Positions 31,510-41,817 of a stretch of DNA of 63,165 bases are shown here, one piece after another. The position numbers were made by a program, and so were the translations under genes. The DNA lies in contig JAYVPS010000163.1 of NCBI GenBank assembly GCA_043757225.1, positions 1-63,165 on the forward strand, read 5' to 3'. How positions within the stretch are numbered: the stretch's first letter is position 1; the number at the start of each line of letters is the position of its first letter. This DNA comes from Cytophagales bacterium (GTDB lineage: Bacteria > Bacteroidota > Bacteroidia > Cytophagales > Cyclobacteriaceae). Below the pieces are notes generated by a model. The model made no database searches, had not been told where the DNA came from, and worked only from the letters and a program-made list of their open reading frames with translations.

Positions 31510-32343
31510 TTATTGTTGGTCAGCACGTAGCTCGGCAGCTTCGGCTTTTTGTTTACGCTTTACTACGATTGTTGAAATAAAAATACTGATTTCAAACAGG
31601 AAATAAAGGGGTAATGAGATCACCGTTAAGCTAAAAGGATCACCCGATGGAGTGACTATGGCGCCTAATATTAAAATTACAAGGATAGAATGTTTTCTAT
31701 ACTTACGCATCAATTGTGGCGTAACGATCCCCACTTTGGAAAGAAAATAAATAACAACAGGGAATTGAAAGAGAAGGCCACATCCTAAAACTAAACTTGA
31801 GATTGTTGAAACGTAAGAGGTGATATCAAACTCATTCGAGATCATCGAGCTGATGGAATAGGTTGCCAAAAACCAAATCGTCATTGGCGACAGGATGTAA
31901 TATCCAAATAGTACACCCGCCATAAACAAGAACGAGATGGCAACTACAGCTCCTTTAGAAAATTTACGCTCTTTCGTTTGAAGGCCTGGTTTTACAAAAG
32001 CCCATAACTCCCAAACTACATAGGGAAAGGCAACAATGAGGCCGATCACAAAAGAGGCCGTCAGCGACATCATAAACTGACCTGTCATGTTTCGGCTTTG
32101 CACCTTAAATGGCAGATCCTTAACACAAAGATCTTCAATGCCTGTGAGTTGACTCAACTCACACATGTACCGAAAGGAGGGAAAATCTAATTTGGCTGGC
32201 GCAAAGACAACAAATTCAAAAATTTCTCGAATAAAAACGAAAGACACGATCATCAAAATAAAAGTGACCCCCACCGACCTCACTACGTGCCAACGTAGCT
32301 CCTCCAGGTGATCGAGGAAGGACATTTCTTTTTCTTCAGACAT
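31510..32343 (-). CDS. tatC: Twin-arginine translocase subunit TatC
   Basis: MSFLDHLEELR, FVKPGL...E, FQFP, TP..DP. Confidence 0.95.
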   Translation of the reverse strand: MSEEKEMSFLDHLEELRWHVVRSVGVTFILMIVSFVFIREIFEFVVFAPAKLDFPSFRYMCELSQLTGIEDLCVKDLPFKVQSRNMTGQFMMSLTASFVIGLIVAFPYVVWELWAFVKPGLQTKERKFSKGAVVAISFLFMAGVLFGYYILSPMTIWFLATYSISSMISNEFDITSYVSTISSLVLGCGLLFQFPVVIYFLSKVGIVTPQLMRKYRKHSILVILILGAIVTPSGDPFSLTVISLPLYFLFEISIFISTIVVKRKQKAEAAELRADQQ

Positions 32344-32380
32344 TTAAAGTGCGTAATAATTTTTGCGTGGAGGAAAATAG

Positions 32381-33652
32381 TTAAGAGTACAAAGGAAACT
32401 TCTTCATGAAAGCATTCACCTTGCGTTTTACCGCCTTCAAGTGTTTTTGGTCTTCTGGTTTTTGTAAGGCTTCGTCAATTAATTCAACAATTTTTGCCAC
32501 ATCTTTTTCTTTCATGCCACGGGTGGTAACGGCTGGCGTACCAATGCGCATACCGGAAGTAATCATGGGCGATTGGGTATCAAACGGCACCATGTTTTTG
32601 TTGATCGTGATGTCTGCCTGGATCAATGCTTCTTCCGCTAATTTTCCCGTGAGGTTTTTAGAACGGAGGTCGATTAACATCAAATGATTATCCGTACCTC
32701 CCGAAATAATTTTATATCCTTTTTCTACAAATGCTTGCGCCATGGCTTTCGCATTCTTTGCAACTTGCACAATGTATTCTAAGTATTCGTCTGTCAAGGC
32801 TTCACCAAAGGCAATGGCCTTGGCAGCAATGACATGTTCTAACGGACCGCCTTGGGTGCCTGGGAATACACCTGAATCTAAAACAGAACCCATTTTTCTC
32901 AATTCACCCTTTGGGGTTTTCAAACCAAAAGGATTTTCAAAATTTTTGCCAATCATAATCAATCCACCCCGCGGCCCTCTCAAAGTTTTATGCGTGGTTG
33001 TGGTAACGATATGACAATGCTCCATCGGATCATTCAGCAAGCCTTTGGCAATTAATCCGGCAGGGTGAGAAACATCGGCTAGCAACAAGGCTCCTACACT
33101 ATCAGCAGCTTGCCGCAGTTTTTTATAATCCCAATCACGACTGTATGCAGAAGCTCCACAGATCACCATTTTTGGTTTTTCGCGAAGTGCAATTTCAAGT
33201 ATTTTGTCAAAGTCAATTAAGCCAGTCTCTTGTTCTACACCGTAGAATGAAGGTTGGTATAATTTTCCTGAAAAATTGACAGAAGAACCATGAGTCAAGT
33301 GACCACCATGAGAAAGATCGAAGCCTAAAATCTTATCGCCAGGCTTCAAGCAAGCCAACATTACAGCAGCATTGGCTTGTGCCCCTGAATGAGGTTGCAC
33401 GTTCGCCCATTCCGCCCCAAATAATTCTTTGATCCGGTCAATAGCCAACTGTTCCACTTCATCCACCACCTCGCAACCACCATAATATCGCTTGCCTGGC
33501 AGGCCTTCGGCATACTTATTAGTAAGCACAGAACCCTGAGCCTTCATAACTTGTGCCGAAGTAAAGTTCTCAGAGGCAATCAGTTCAATGCCATGCTCTT
33601 GGCGTTGCTTTTCCTTTTCAATCAGGTCGAAGATAATTTTATCTCTTTTCAT
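32381..33652 (-). CDS. glyA: Serine hydroxymethyltransferase
   Basis: [46 protein letters not shown]. Confidence 0.98.
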   Translation of the reverse strand: MKRDKIIFDLIEKEKQRQEHGIELIASENFTSAQVMKAQGSVLTNKYAEGLPGKRYYGGCEVVDEVEQLAIDRIKELFGAEWANVQPHSGAQANAAVMLACLKPGDKILGFDLSHGGHLTHGSSVNFSGKLYQPSFYGVEQETGLIDFDKILEIALREKPKMVICGASAYSRDWDYKKLRQAADSVGALLLADVSHPAGLIAKGLLNDPMEHCHIVTTTTHKTLRGPRGGLIMIGKNFENPFGLKTPKGELRKMGSVLDSGVFPGTQGGPLEHVIAAKAIAFGEALTDEYLEYIVQVAKNAKAMAQAFVEKGYKIISGGTDNHLMLIDLRSKNLTGKLAEEALIQADITINKNMVPFDTQSPMITSGMRIGTPAVTTRGMKEKDVAKIVELIDEALQKPEDQKHLKAVKRKVNAFMKKFPLYS

Positions 33653-34118
33653 GCGTTAGTATTTATTTCTTTTAGGTCGCATGAAATGGCCAGAATTATC
33701 ATTCTGTTGGGTGTACCTAAGGTTAAATGGCCATTTCATGGTTACGTAGATATAAGCGGGGCAAAAATAAGCGAAGTGGATGAAATTAAAGAGTGATTCA
33801 AAGGATAAATGAATCATTTCGTAATTCTATGTATAAAAAATTGAATCTACTTTCTAAAACAGGTACGCCCACTTTTATTTACTTTGCAGCACGTATCAAT
33901 ATCAATAGAAGTTAAGACCATAAGTTAGCCTAACAGCGGTGAAAGTAAAAAATGATATGATGTTGGCTACCGACAAATGGCCACCAATGATATTGGATAA
34001 GGGTTTAAAAATTGATTCCACGGGTGGGCATGGCCCTATTAAATATTCAGTTCAGGAATATATTCCAAAGGAGTCTATCCAATTTAAGTTTGCCAAACCA
34101 GAAGGGGTTAATGGCTTT

Positions 34119-34219
34119 CACAAATTTGAAATTTCTCAAATTACTGATCAATCCACGTTGCTTAAACATACCATTGAAATGAATGCCGTAGGTTCAGCAA
34201 TATTAAAAATGGACGTTGG
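34119..34219 (+). repeat. Direct repeat, left copy (pairs with 41818-41917)
   Basis: CACAAATTTGAAATTTCTCAAATTAC(T/G)GATCAATCCACG...GCAATATTAAAA near-identical over about 90 bp. Confidence 0.95.
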
Positions 34220-34220
34220 C

Positions 34221-34352
34221 CTTTTGATAAAATTGAAAATCACTTTTCCCTAATTAAAAAAAGTACAAATTGGAATTTTTGGGTACTATTTTTAAGGGGA
34301 ATGTTGAGGCCTAAAGCAAAAATAAAAAACAAGGAAACTAGATTAGGGAATT
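34221..34352 (+). repeat. Imperfect inverted repeat, left arm (pairs with 41995-42117)
   Basis: CTTTTGATAAAA...AAAAGTACAAATTGGAATTTTTGGGTA...GAAACTAGATTAGGGAATT matches the reverse complement of 41995-42117 with scattered mismatches and indels. Confidence 0.92.
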
Positions 34353-34418
34353 AAAAAGACCAGAGCTTTTTTATTTTATAGGTGGCAGAATATTTTTAAA
34401 GGTTATTATTTTTACACT

Positions 34419-34898
34419 TCAATTAGCAACCGGACTCGTGAATACCTTTTGAAAAAGTGACGTGTTATCAATTAAGATTTCTCCTGAACAATCTAATTCG
34501 TTTTTAAAGGTCAGAGCCCCTAAAACAGCTTGATCAATGAAAATAGGGACGTATAATTTACTACCCTCAGCCCAAATCTCTGATTTTCTAATCTTGCCAA
34601 TAATTGGCGTGGACTGAAGAGGGACTTTAATGTATATCATCGTACAGGTATCTCGAATTAAAAAACTTTCATCAAATGAAAGTGTCGTAAAAGCTTTTTG
34701 TCTTTCAAGATGTACAGTCGTAGAAAGTGTTCTTGGTATTTTAAAAAAATAGCTGGACACAACTATCAAAACTGCCAGAACTAACATAGTAAGGAAGCCA
34801 TAAGAAGTTATCCAGCGTGGAATTGGCTCAAGAAATAGCTCAGTCTTGTTATCATGTACTACTTTATACTCATTCATCACCAAAAGGTTAATCACCAA
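34419..34898 (-). CDS. Short HlyD/membrane-fusion-like protein (N- and C-terminal parts only)
   Basis: PRWITSYG + TM + KIP N-terminus and GEIL..N.SLFQKVF C-terminus typical of Bacteroidota HlyD partners; only ~155 aa; directly follows the exporter. Confidence 0.6.
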   Translation of the reverse strand: MVINLLVMNEYKVVHDNKTELFLEPIPRWITSYGFLTMLVLAVLIVVSSYFFKIPRTLSTTVHLERQKAFTTLSFDESFLIRDTCTMIYIKVPLQSTPIIGKIRKSEIWAEGSKLYVPIFIDQAVLGALTFKNELDCSGEILIDNTSLFQKVFTSPVAN

Positions 34899-37083
34899 GC
34901 TCTAACTGATTCTTGACCAGATTATAGTAAAAGCCACGTAGGCGCACAAGTTCGTCATGATTCCCAATTTCAACTATTTCGCCCTTGTTCAATACCACTA
35001 TCTGATCTGCATTACGAACTGTACTCAATCTATGAGCAATTATTATTACTGTCTTCCCAACAAAAAACTTATCTAAGTTTTCCATAATTGTTCTTTCATT
35101 CTGAGCATCTAATGAACTTGTCGCCTCATCAAAAAACAGAAATTCAGGATTCTTATAGATAGCTCTTGCAATCAAAATCCTTTGCTTTTGTCCTGTGCTC
35201 ATACCCAGTCCTGCATCTCCAATTTTCGTATCAAAGTGTAGTGGTAGTTCCAAAATAAAATCGCCAATACATGCCGCCTCTACAGAATTTACCAGACGCG
35301 CATTATCATTGGACTCATCACTCATAACCACATTTCTCTTGATGGTATCCGAAAATATGTGACCCTCTTGCATTACTGTACCACACTTATCCCTCCACCA
35401 TTCGCTTGAATATGATTCCAAGTTACGCCCATTGAGAATGATTTCTCCTCCATCTGGAGCGTAAAACTTCAGAAGAAGTTTTAACATGGTGGTCTTTCCA
35501 CTACCGCTACTACCTACAATTGCTGTTATTTTACCTTCTGGAATTTTGAGATCTATGTTTTTTAAAACCTTATCGTGATGCGGCCCCATGTAACCAAAGC
35601 TCAGATTTCTAAATTCGAGCCCGCGAAATCCTCTTTGAATTGTAGACTCTTCAGTCAATTGTGATTCCCTTTCCTCAATGGGTTCTGTATAGACTTCGTT
35701 CATCCGTTCCAGTGCGATAACCGTACCTTGAAAGTTATTAATAAATCTTACAAGCTCTTTAATGGATACGTTTAATTGACCTACGACATAAGAAATCGCT
35801 AACATCGCACCAAGGGTAAATTCACCATGGACAACGCTGGAAGCAGCAAAAAACATTATTAAGATGGTTCGTACCTGATCAAAAAAATCCGCTCCTATTC
35901 TTTGAAATTGATCTAATGACAGCGTTGACACATCTACTTTAAATAACTTAACCTGCACTTCTTGCCATTCCCATTGCTTGAACTTTTCAAACCGATTTAC
36001 CTTAATCTCTGGCATATTATTTACCATTTCGAAAAGTTTGTCATTGGCATTTGATAACTCACGGAAACGCCAATAATTCAGAGCTCTTCGCCTTTTCATA
36101 AATAGTAGTGTCCAACTCACAGATAGGCAACTGCCAATTAAAAAAATGGCAAAGATCAATTTATTGTAGTAAAACAAAACTCCTGAAAAAACTAATAAAT
36201 TAATAAGTGTGAAAATTGTAGTTAAAAGTGTTGTCGTTATAAAGTCCTCAATTATCCGATGATCCTGCATTCTTTGCACCAAATCACCTGGCATTTTGGA
36301 TTCAAAAAATTTCATCGGAAGCCTCATCATTTTTGTCAGGTAGTCCGCAAGGATTGAAATATTAATCCTTGCACTGATGTGCGTTAAAAGTTGACTCCTT
36401 ATAATATCTGAAATAACACCAGTAACAAAGATGAATAATTGAAAAAGAAGGATCAAAGCAATAAAGTTCATATCCTTACGATCGACTCCAAAATCAACTA
36501 TACTTTGAGTAAGGAATGGAAAAAGTAGGGAGATAAGTACAGCAAGAGCCATAGATATCACGACTTGAATGTAATTCTTCCTGAACGTTAAGAAGTAGTG
36601 CGAGAGAAACTGTATTGGTGATTTTTTATTTTTAATTGAATCAACCTCATTCATTGCATAGAACGCAGGAGTCGGCTCGATAAATAATGCGAAACCTTTT
36701 TTTCCCTCTCCAATCCAATAAGATTTGAATGTTTCTTCATCTAACCTGACTTTTCCTCTTCCAGGATCCGCAATGTAAAAAAACACTTTACCTCGCTTTT
36801 TAGAGATTTTATACAGTACTACAAAATGATCTTTGTCCCAAAAAAGGATAGATGGCAAAGTTGCTTTCTCAACTAGGTAGTTTACCGATAGTTCCCCAAT
36901 CAAGGTTTTAAATCCCAGGGTCTCGGCAGCCTTTCCTAAATTAAAGATGCTTACACCTTGTCGATTTAAATAGCTTATTTTTCTTAGGTAGTGGATTGAA
37001 TAATTTTTGCCGTAGCTAGTGGCAATCATCTTCAAACAAGCTGGTCCACAATCAATAGAATCATGTGGGCTGAAATATTTCAT
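34888..37083 (-). CDS. Peptidase-containing ABC transporter (C39 peptidase + TMD + NBD)
   Basis: DCGPACL, HFVV, ADP in the C39 domain; GSSGSGKT; signature MSTGQKQR; DEATSSLD; IAHRLST. Confidence 0.95.
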   Translation of the reverse strand: MKYFSPHDSIDCGPACLKMIATSYGKNYSIHYLRKISYLNRQGVSIFNLGKAAETLGFKTLIGELSVNYLVEKATLPSILFWDKDHFVVLYKISKKRGKVFFYIADPGRGKVRLDEETFKSYWIGEGKKGFALFIEPTPAFYAMNEVDSIKNKKSPIQFLSHYFLTFRKNYIQVVISMALAVLISLLFPFLTQSIVDFGVDRKDMNFIALILLFQLFIFVTGVISDIIRSQLLTHISARINISILADYLTKMMRLPMKFFESKMPGDLVQRMQDHRIIEDFITTTLLTTIFTLINLLVFSGVLFYYNKLIFAIFLIGSCLSVSWTLLFMKRRRALNYWRFRELSNANDKLFEMVNNMPEIKVNRFEKFKQWEWQEVQVKLFKVDVSTLSLDQFQRIGADFFDQVRTILIMFFAASSVVHGEFTLGAMLAISYVVGQLNVSIKELVRFINNFQGTVIALERMNEVYTEPIEERESQLTEESTIQRGFRGLEFRNLSFGYMGPHHDKVLKNIDLKIPEGKITAIVGSSGSGKTTMLKLLLKFYAPDGGEIILNGRNLESYSSEWWRDKCGTVMQEGHIFSDTIKRNVVMSDESNDNARLVNSVEAACIGDFILELPLHFDTKIGDAGLGMSTGQKQRILIARAIYKNPEFLFFDEATSSLDAQNERTIMENLDKFFVGKTVIIIAHRLSTVRNADQIVVLNKGEIVEIGNHDELVRLRGFYYNLVKNQLELGD

Positions 37084-37089
37084 CTATAA

Positions 37090-38403
37090 TTACAACAGCT
37101 GTTTAATATCAGCCCTCGAAAGTACATATCCAAGAGCCAAGCGCTCCTTAATATTAAATTTAAAACTTGGACACGCCCGCAAGTCTTCATGCCATGACTT
37201 TGGACAAGCACCACCGCAAACTGGAAACAACTTACATGTATGGCATGGAAATTTATCTGTAAGGATCGTGTCGTTCCAGTCGGAAAGTGGTCGTTGTGTA
37301 CGGATCTCATTTTGTGATTTAAGATTCCCAAGCACATAAGGTGTATCTTTATAGTTGTCTGTGTATGAAACTTCAGTACAATTGAAAACATTCCCATATG
37401 CATCGTACATCTCGGAATCAGGTGAGACAGCCATGCAAACTTGCTTGTGCCTTTTCGGAAGGACACTTGTAGTGAACCCAGCTTTCAACATCTCAATATA
37501 CCAATCGATTTCTTTTTCTGCGAACTCTTCTTTTGTAAGAGAACTCTTATGCGCGTCATTACCTCCCCAAGAATAGACGCCTATGGGATAAAAATAGGAA
37601 ATCTTTGTATGAAGGTCATTTTCTGCTAAGAGATTAATTAAAGGTGAAACACCATTCCAATTCTTTTTGTCAACGTTACACCTAATTGAGATCGGACAAT
37701 TAAGTTCCCTAAAATCCTTTCTGTTCAGGATTTTAGAAAGATTTTTAAAGATTAGATCAAATGACTTTCCCCCCTCCTTTGTATAGCGGTGCTTGTCATG
37801 ATACTCGCTTGTCCCATCTAATGTTACCTCTATTTTACGGACACCTAACAAGGTAACTAATTCTTCAAATATGTTGGGCTTCAGACTTAACCCATTAGTC
37901 ACAACCGCAGAGCCATAGCTCATATTATGGCTATGCGCAATTTCCATCATCTTTGGAGTAAGCTCTCGCATTTGGGGTAGAGCCATTAAAGGCTCTCCTC
38001 CAAACCATCCAATGTATAAGCTTTTGAACTTACCGCTCGATGCTTTTTCGTTAATTCTTTCTAGAAGCGGTTCATAATAATCTCTTGTCAAATTAGTTTT
38101 TGTATGGTTCTGTCCACAATAGTAACACCCTAGTTGACAGTTAGCAGATGGTTGGATTACTGTATATAATTCGGTTGAAGAATTTACTTCTAATTTATTC
38201 TCGTTTCGAATTTCCAACAGCTCGTCTTCCTCAATATCAACCAAACCTTTTGCCCCCAGAAGCATTTCGATAGTTTGCTCAGGGACTATGTTAAACAGAC
38301 CTTCTAACAAATTGGACTTCAGTTCTTTGCTTACGATGAAAGACTCCCCTGTTCGCGTACAAAACAAAATCGATTCACCCCTTAATGAAAATGAAGTTAT
38401 CAT
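37090..38403 (-). CDS. Radical SAM/SPASM domain protein (putative peptide/protein maturase)
   Basis: CQLGCYYC; WFGGEPL; VTNG; VTLDG; SPASM cysteines C...GNVFNC...CHTCKLFPVCGGACP...ACP. Confidence 0.93.
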   Translation of the reverse strand: MITSFSLRGESILFCTRTGESFIVSKELKSNLLEGLFNIVPEQTIEMLLGAKGLVDIEEDELLEIRNENKLEVNSSTELYTVIQPSANCQLGCYYCGQNHTKTNLTRDYYEPLLERINEKASSGKFKSLYIGWFGGEPLMALPQMRELTPKMMEIAHSHNMSYGSAVVTNGLSLKPNIFEELVTLLGVRKIEVTLDGTSEYHDKHRYTKEGGKSFDLIFKNLSKILNRKDFRELNCPISIRCNVDKKNWNGVSPLINLLAENDLHTKISYFYPIGVYSWGGNDAHKSSLTKEEFAEKEIDWYIEMLKAGFTTSVLPKRHKQVCMAVSPDSEMYDAYGNVFNCTEVSYTDNYKDTPYVLGNLKSQNEIRTQRPLSDWNDTILTDKFPCHTCKLFPVCGGACPKSWHEDLRACPSFKFNIKERLALGYVLSRADIKQLL

Positions 38404-38436
38404 ATTATACTCTTTTTTCTGAAGAAGTTAATAAAA

Positions 38437-40854
38437 CTATTCATACCTTAGGGTCTGAGAAGGATTTATCAAAGCCCCCTTGACCGTATGATAACTTATG
38501 GTAACCATCGCGACAATTGTAAAGATTAGAAAGATTTCAGCATAAATCACCCAATCTAATGTAATTTGAAATGCAAAATTCCTGAGCCAATCATTCATAA
38601 CATAGTACGAAGAAGGAACAGCTATAAAAAATGAAATACAAAGCATAGCAAGATATCGAGTATTAAGTAAGAGAATGAGATCGAAAGTCGTTGACCCCAA
38701 GGTCTTCCTTATCCCAACTTCATGATACCTACGAACTGTGTTTATTCCAGCCAAACCAAATAGCCCTACACAAGCTATAACCCAGGCAAAAGCCGTAGAT
38801 ATTGAAATTATTCGATTCCATCGTTGGTGAGATTCATATTGCTTGGCTACATCATTTTCAAGAAAAGAAACCTCAAATGGTTTTCCAGGATTGACATCAT
38901 CCCATATCCTTCTCAAACCAGTAATTATGTTTGCAATGTCTCCCGAAAACCGAACCAATACAGTTTGAAGAGGCCCAGCTGTTTTATGGTTCATTGTCAA
39001 AAAAAGCGGTTCTACGGGACGTTCCAGTGAGCGGAAATGGAAATCTTTAACAATCCCAATAATCTCCGAACTATCTGAACGCGCGCCCCATATTAATTTG
39101 TGATCCAATGGGTTGGCAGGCATACCCATAGCAAAAGTCTCGTTAATGATTATTGAGGATTCATCTGTTTTTCTGGTTTCATCAAAATTTCGTCCTGCAA
39201 CTACTGTCAATCCTAGTGTTTTTATGTAGTCTGTATCCACAGAATAAACCTTAGCCGAATTTTTTTCATCTCGAGAATTAACATAGCCCATACTTGAAAT
39301 TCCTTTAAAAAAAGATCTTGATACCCCAGCCACCGAAATAACCCCTGGCATCTGAAGCACCCTGTGTTTAATCTTTTCTACTGTTGCAGTTGCCTCGGGA
39401 CGAGCTGCATATGTTGGAATACAGATTACCTGTTTTCTGTCAAATCCTAAATCCTTCGAATTAATGAATTTCATCTGTTGCAACATAACCATAGCACAAA
39501 CTGCTAGGAACATTGACAGCGAAAATTGAAGAACAACTAAACTAGAGATAAGGCCAGTTTTAATCCTGTAACTAAACTGACTTTTTAGTATTGTTGCCGG
39601 GTTAAGAGACGAGAGTAACAAAGCTGGGTAAAAACTACTTAAGGCTGTGATTGTCAAACCTATGGAAAAAAAGGCGAGTACATCAAAGTAACTGAAATCA
39701 AATGCTATTTTCTTTCCAATGATATCATTAAACTTCATCGATAAGACTGCTAACAATATCAATCCTAATAAGCTAGCGATAACCGTATGACCAAAAGATT
39801 CTAAAATAAATTGGAACACTAGATGTTGGCGACTAGCACCATTTATTTTTCTAACACCAACTTCTTTACCTCTTGAGGTCGCCCTAGTCAAGGCAACGGA
39901 AACAAAATTTATGCACGATATTAAAATGATTATTGCTACAATTCCAGACAAAATATAGATGTTCTTAACTGAGCTGGTTCCTTCCCAAGGTATACGTGTA
40001 TTCGAGTGAATAAATGGTAACTTCGTCATAGTTAGATGATAGACAACATCGATAGTGCCAGGAATCGCTAAAATATCCCTTAAGTCTGCTATATGTTCTT
40101 TCATTACCATTTGAACAAGCCGATTCAGCTTATTAACAAATATGTCCTCAGGAGAGCCATTCCTTAAGAGTACAAAAAAAGAATAGGTATATTCATTCCA
40201 AAGATCTGAATAGTCTTTGTAGTAACTACTGCTCTCAATAGGAACAAGGATTCTAAAATTTATACTTGAGTTAATTGGTGGGTCATCAATGACCGCGGAG
40301 ATTTTATACAATTCTTCACCATTAGAGTCGATCAAAATCAATTTTCCAATTGGATCTTCATTTTTAAAATATTTATCGGCTGTAGATCTTGTTAGAACTG
40401 CTGATAAATTATTCTCGAACGGGTTATTGGAATTTCCCTTAACTATGATAAAAGAAAACATTTTAAAGAAACCACTATCAACGTAAGTAATCTTCTCGGC
40501 AAATGCCTTAGTGTCATATTTAACAACTGCATCACTATAACTATTAATAATTCTTGACGAAGATTGAATCTCAGGAACTTGAGTTCGTATCGCTCCAATT
40601 AAAGGGGCAGATAATTCCGAGAAACCACGAAACTTATCAGTCCCCGTTGCATTCTGATTGTAGAGGTTTGACTCAATTCTGAAAATCCGATCCTTGTATT
40701 CATGAAGCTGATCAAAATTACTCTCACTCTTAATAAAAATATAAATCAAGCCGCTAAAACATATCCCAAGGCTCAGGCCAAATATGTTGATGATTGTAAA
40801 TGTTTTTGATGATTTGAGATTCCGAATAAAGATTAGAGATAAGGTCTGCAGCAT
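38437..40854 (-). CDS. ABC transporter permease (duplicated MacB/FtsX-like)
   Basis: INIFGLSLG, CINFV...RGKEVGVRKINGA, KDLGFD, KDFHFRSL, EVGIRKTLG, NPSQTLRYE. Confidence 0.92.
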   Translation of the reverse strand: MLQTLSLIFIRNLKSSKTFTIINIFGLSLGICFSGLIYIFIKSESNFDQLHEYKDRIFRIESNLYNQNATGTDKFRGFSELSAPLIGAIRTQVPEIQSSSRIINSYSDAVVKYDTKAFAEKITYVDSGFFKMFSFIIVKGNSNNPFENNLSAVLTRSTADKYFKNEDPIGKLILIDSNGEELYKISAVIDDPPINSSINFRILVPIESSSYYKDYSDLWNEYTYSFFVLLRNGSPEDIFVNKLNRLVQMVMKEHIADLRDILAIPGTIDVVYHLTMTKLPFIHSNTRIPWEGTSSVKNIYILSGIVAIIILISCINFVSVALTRATSRGKEVGVRKINGASRQHLVFQFILESFGHTVIASLLGLILLAVLSMKFNDIIGKKIAFDFSYFDVLAFFSIGLTITALSSFYPALLLSSLNPATILKSQFSYRIKTGLISSLVVLQFSLSMFLAVCAMVMLQQMKFINSKDLGFDRKQVICIPTYAARPEATATVEKIKHRVLQMPGVISVAGVSRSFFKGISSMGYVNSRDEKNSAKVYSVDTDYIKTLGLTVVAGRNFDETRKTDESSIIINETFAMGMPANPLDHKLIWGARSDSSEIIGIVKDFHFRSLERPVEPLFLTMNHKTAGPLQTVLVRFSGDIANIITGLRRIWDDVNPGKPFEVSFLENDVAKQYESHQRWNRIISISTAFAWVIACVGLFGLAGINTVRRYHEVGIRKTLGSTTFDLILLLNTRYLAMLCISFFIAVPSSYYVMNDWLRNFAFQITLDWVIYAEIFLIFTIVAMVTISYHTVKGALINPSQTLRYE

Positions 40855-40911
40855 AATGTGGATTAGTTTATATGCATAACTGAGATTAAAGCAAGGATGC
40901 CGAAGGGGGTT

Positions 40912-41568
40912 CTATTTCAACGGAAAGGTTATCTCAGTTGTTGTCCACGTCTTTCTCCATTCTGTTCCAAACTTTTCATCTAGGTATTGCTTTACAATCT
41001 TATTGTAAGCGTGGCATTTCATGAAGACAGTGAATCCTTCTCTTGAGTAGAGGTTAGTCCCTGACTCATATATATATTGTACTCCAAATTTTGATTTCAT
41101 ATCCTTCTGCATTTTTCGACTTTCCTTTTGAGTTAGGGGGAAGTCCACTGACATCCAGTAAAGCATTAGTCGATTGCTCTTGATGTCATCACTAGCCAGT
41201 CGTTCACAACTTTGGATTTCACTTTCAGAAAGAGGTCTGTACTTAGAATCAAGGCAAAATTTAAGCATCGTCAAATTCCCGCTAACATGAATGATTGTGT
41301 CTGCGTTGAAGGGGTCTCCAAATCCAGCAACCAATTTATAGTCATCTTCAACCAAGTTGTCAACTCGGCATTCACCGCTAGAATCTAGAACTGCTACAAA
41401 ATCTTGACCATTTGAGAGTCTGGTCAAGGTTACTTTAGCTCTAACTGGAAGTTGCGAAAGATTAATTGTATGATAGCAGTCAAATAACAATTGAAATCTG
41501 AATGCAATATCTTGTGATAAAGCATAACTTAAAAAAAATGAAAATACAATTGTCAGGAGCTTTCTCAT
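40912..41568 (-). CDS. Hypothetical exported protein with a carboxypeptidase-regulatory-like beta domain
   Basis: Signal peptide; AKVTL...DSSGE..VDNL..DDYKL pattern; C-terminal YN..V..YLDEKFG.EWRK. Confidence 0.55.
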   Translation of the reverse strand: MRKLLTIVFSFFLSYALSQDIAFRFQLLFDCYHTINLSQLPVRAKVTLTRLSNGQDFVAVLDSSGECRVDNLVEDDYKLVAGFGDPFNADTIIHVSGNLTMLKFCLDSKYRPLSESEIQSCERLASDDIKSNRLMLYWMSVDFPLTQKESRKMQKDMKSKFGVQYIYESGTNLYSREGFTVFMKCHAYNKIVKQYLDEKFGTEWRKTWTTTEITFPLK

Positions 41569-41703
41569 TCTTAGTCTATTTCATCTATACTTTATAAAAA
41601 AGAATTTAAATCAAAAATAACTGAAAATTCGATAGAAAGGTAATTGGTAATTGCAAGGCCAAGCACTTCACTACCGAATGGTTTTTCTACACTCATTGTA
41701 CAT

Positions 41704-41711
41704 CAAAGATA
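41704..41711 (-). promoter_or_regulatory. Putative -7 promoter element for the island operon
   Basis: TATCTTTG on the minus strand about 135 bp upstream of 41568. Confidence 0.35.
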
Positions 41712-41817
41712 CTTTAAAACTCTCATCTTATGATGTCACTATAACAAAAATAGGTAGTATTCTGATTGTATCTCTCAGACATGTAAATCTATTAAATCTG
41801 CAGCATAAAAAAAGTGC

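Larger units (their letters stand above)
33939..34354 (+). pseudogene. Degraded gene for a small conserved (possibly SRPBCC-like) protein; left copy
   Basis: ORF 33939..34253 (KWPPMILDKG..GGHGPIKY..HKFEI); the C-terminus FDKIENHF..NWNFWV..KETRLGN* continues in another frame to TAA 34354; about 35 bp are missing relative to the right copy. Confidence 0.65.

Noticed and set aside
41592-41696. 34-aa minus-strand ORF (MSVEKPFGSEVLGLAITNYLSIEFSVIFDLNSFL) just after the putative island promoter, considered as the rSAM precursor
   Set aside because: No double-glycine leader, no Cys, and composition resembles translated AT-rich intergenic DNA; cannot be supported without conservation data.
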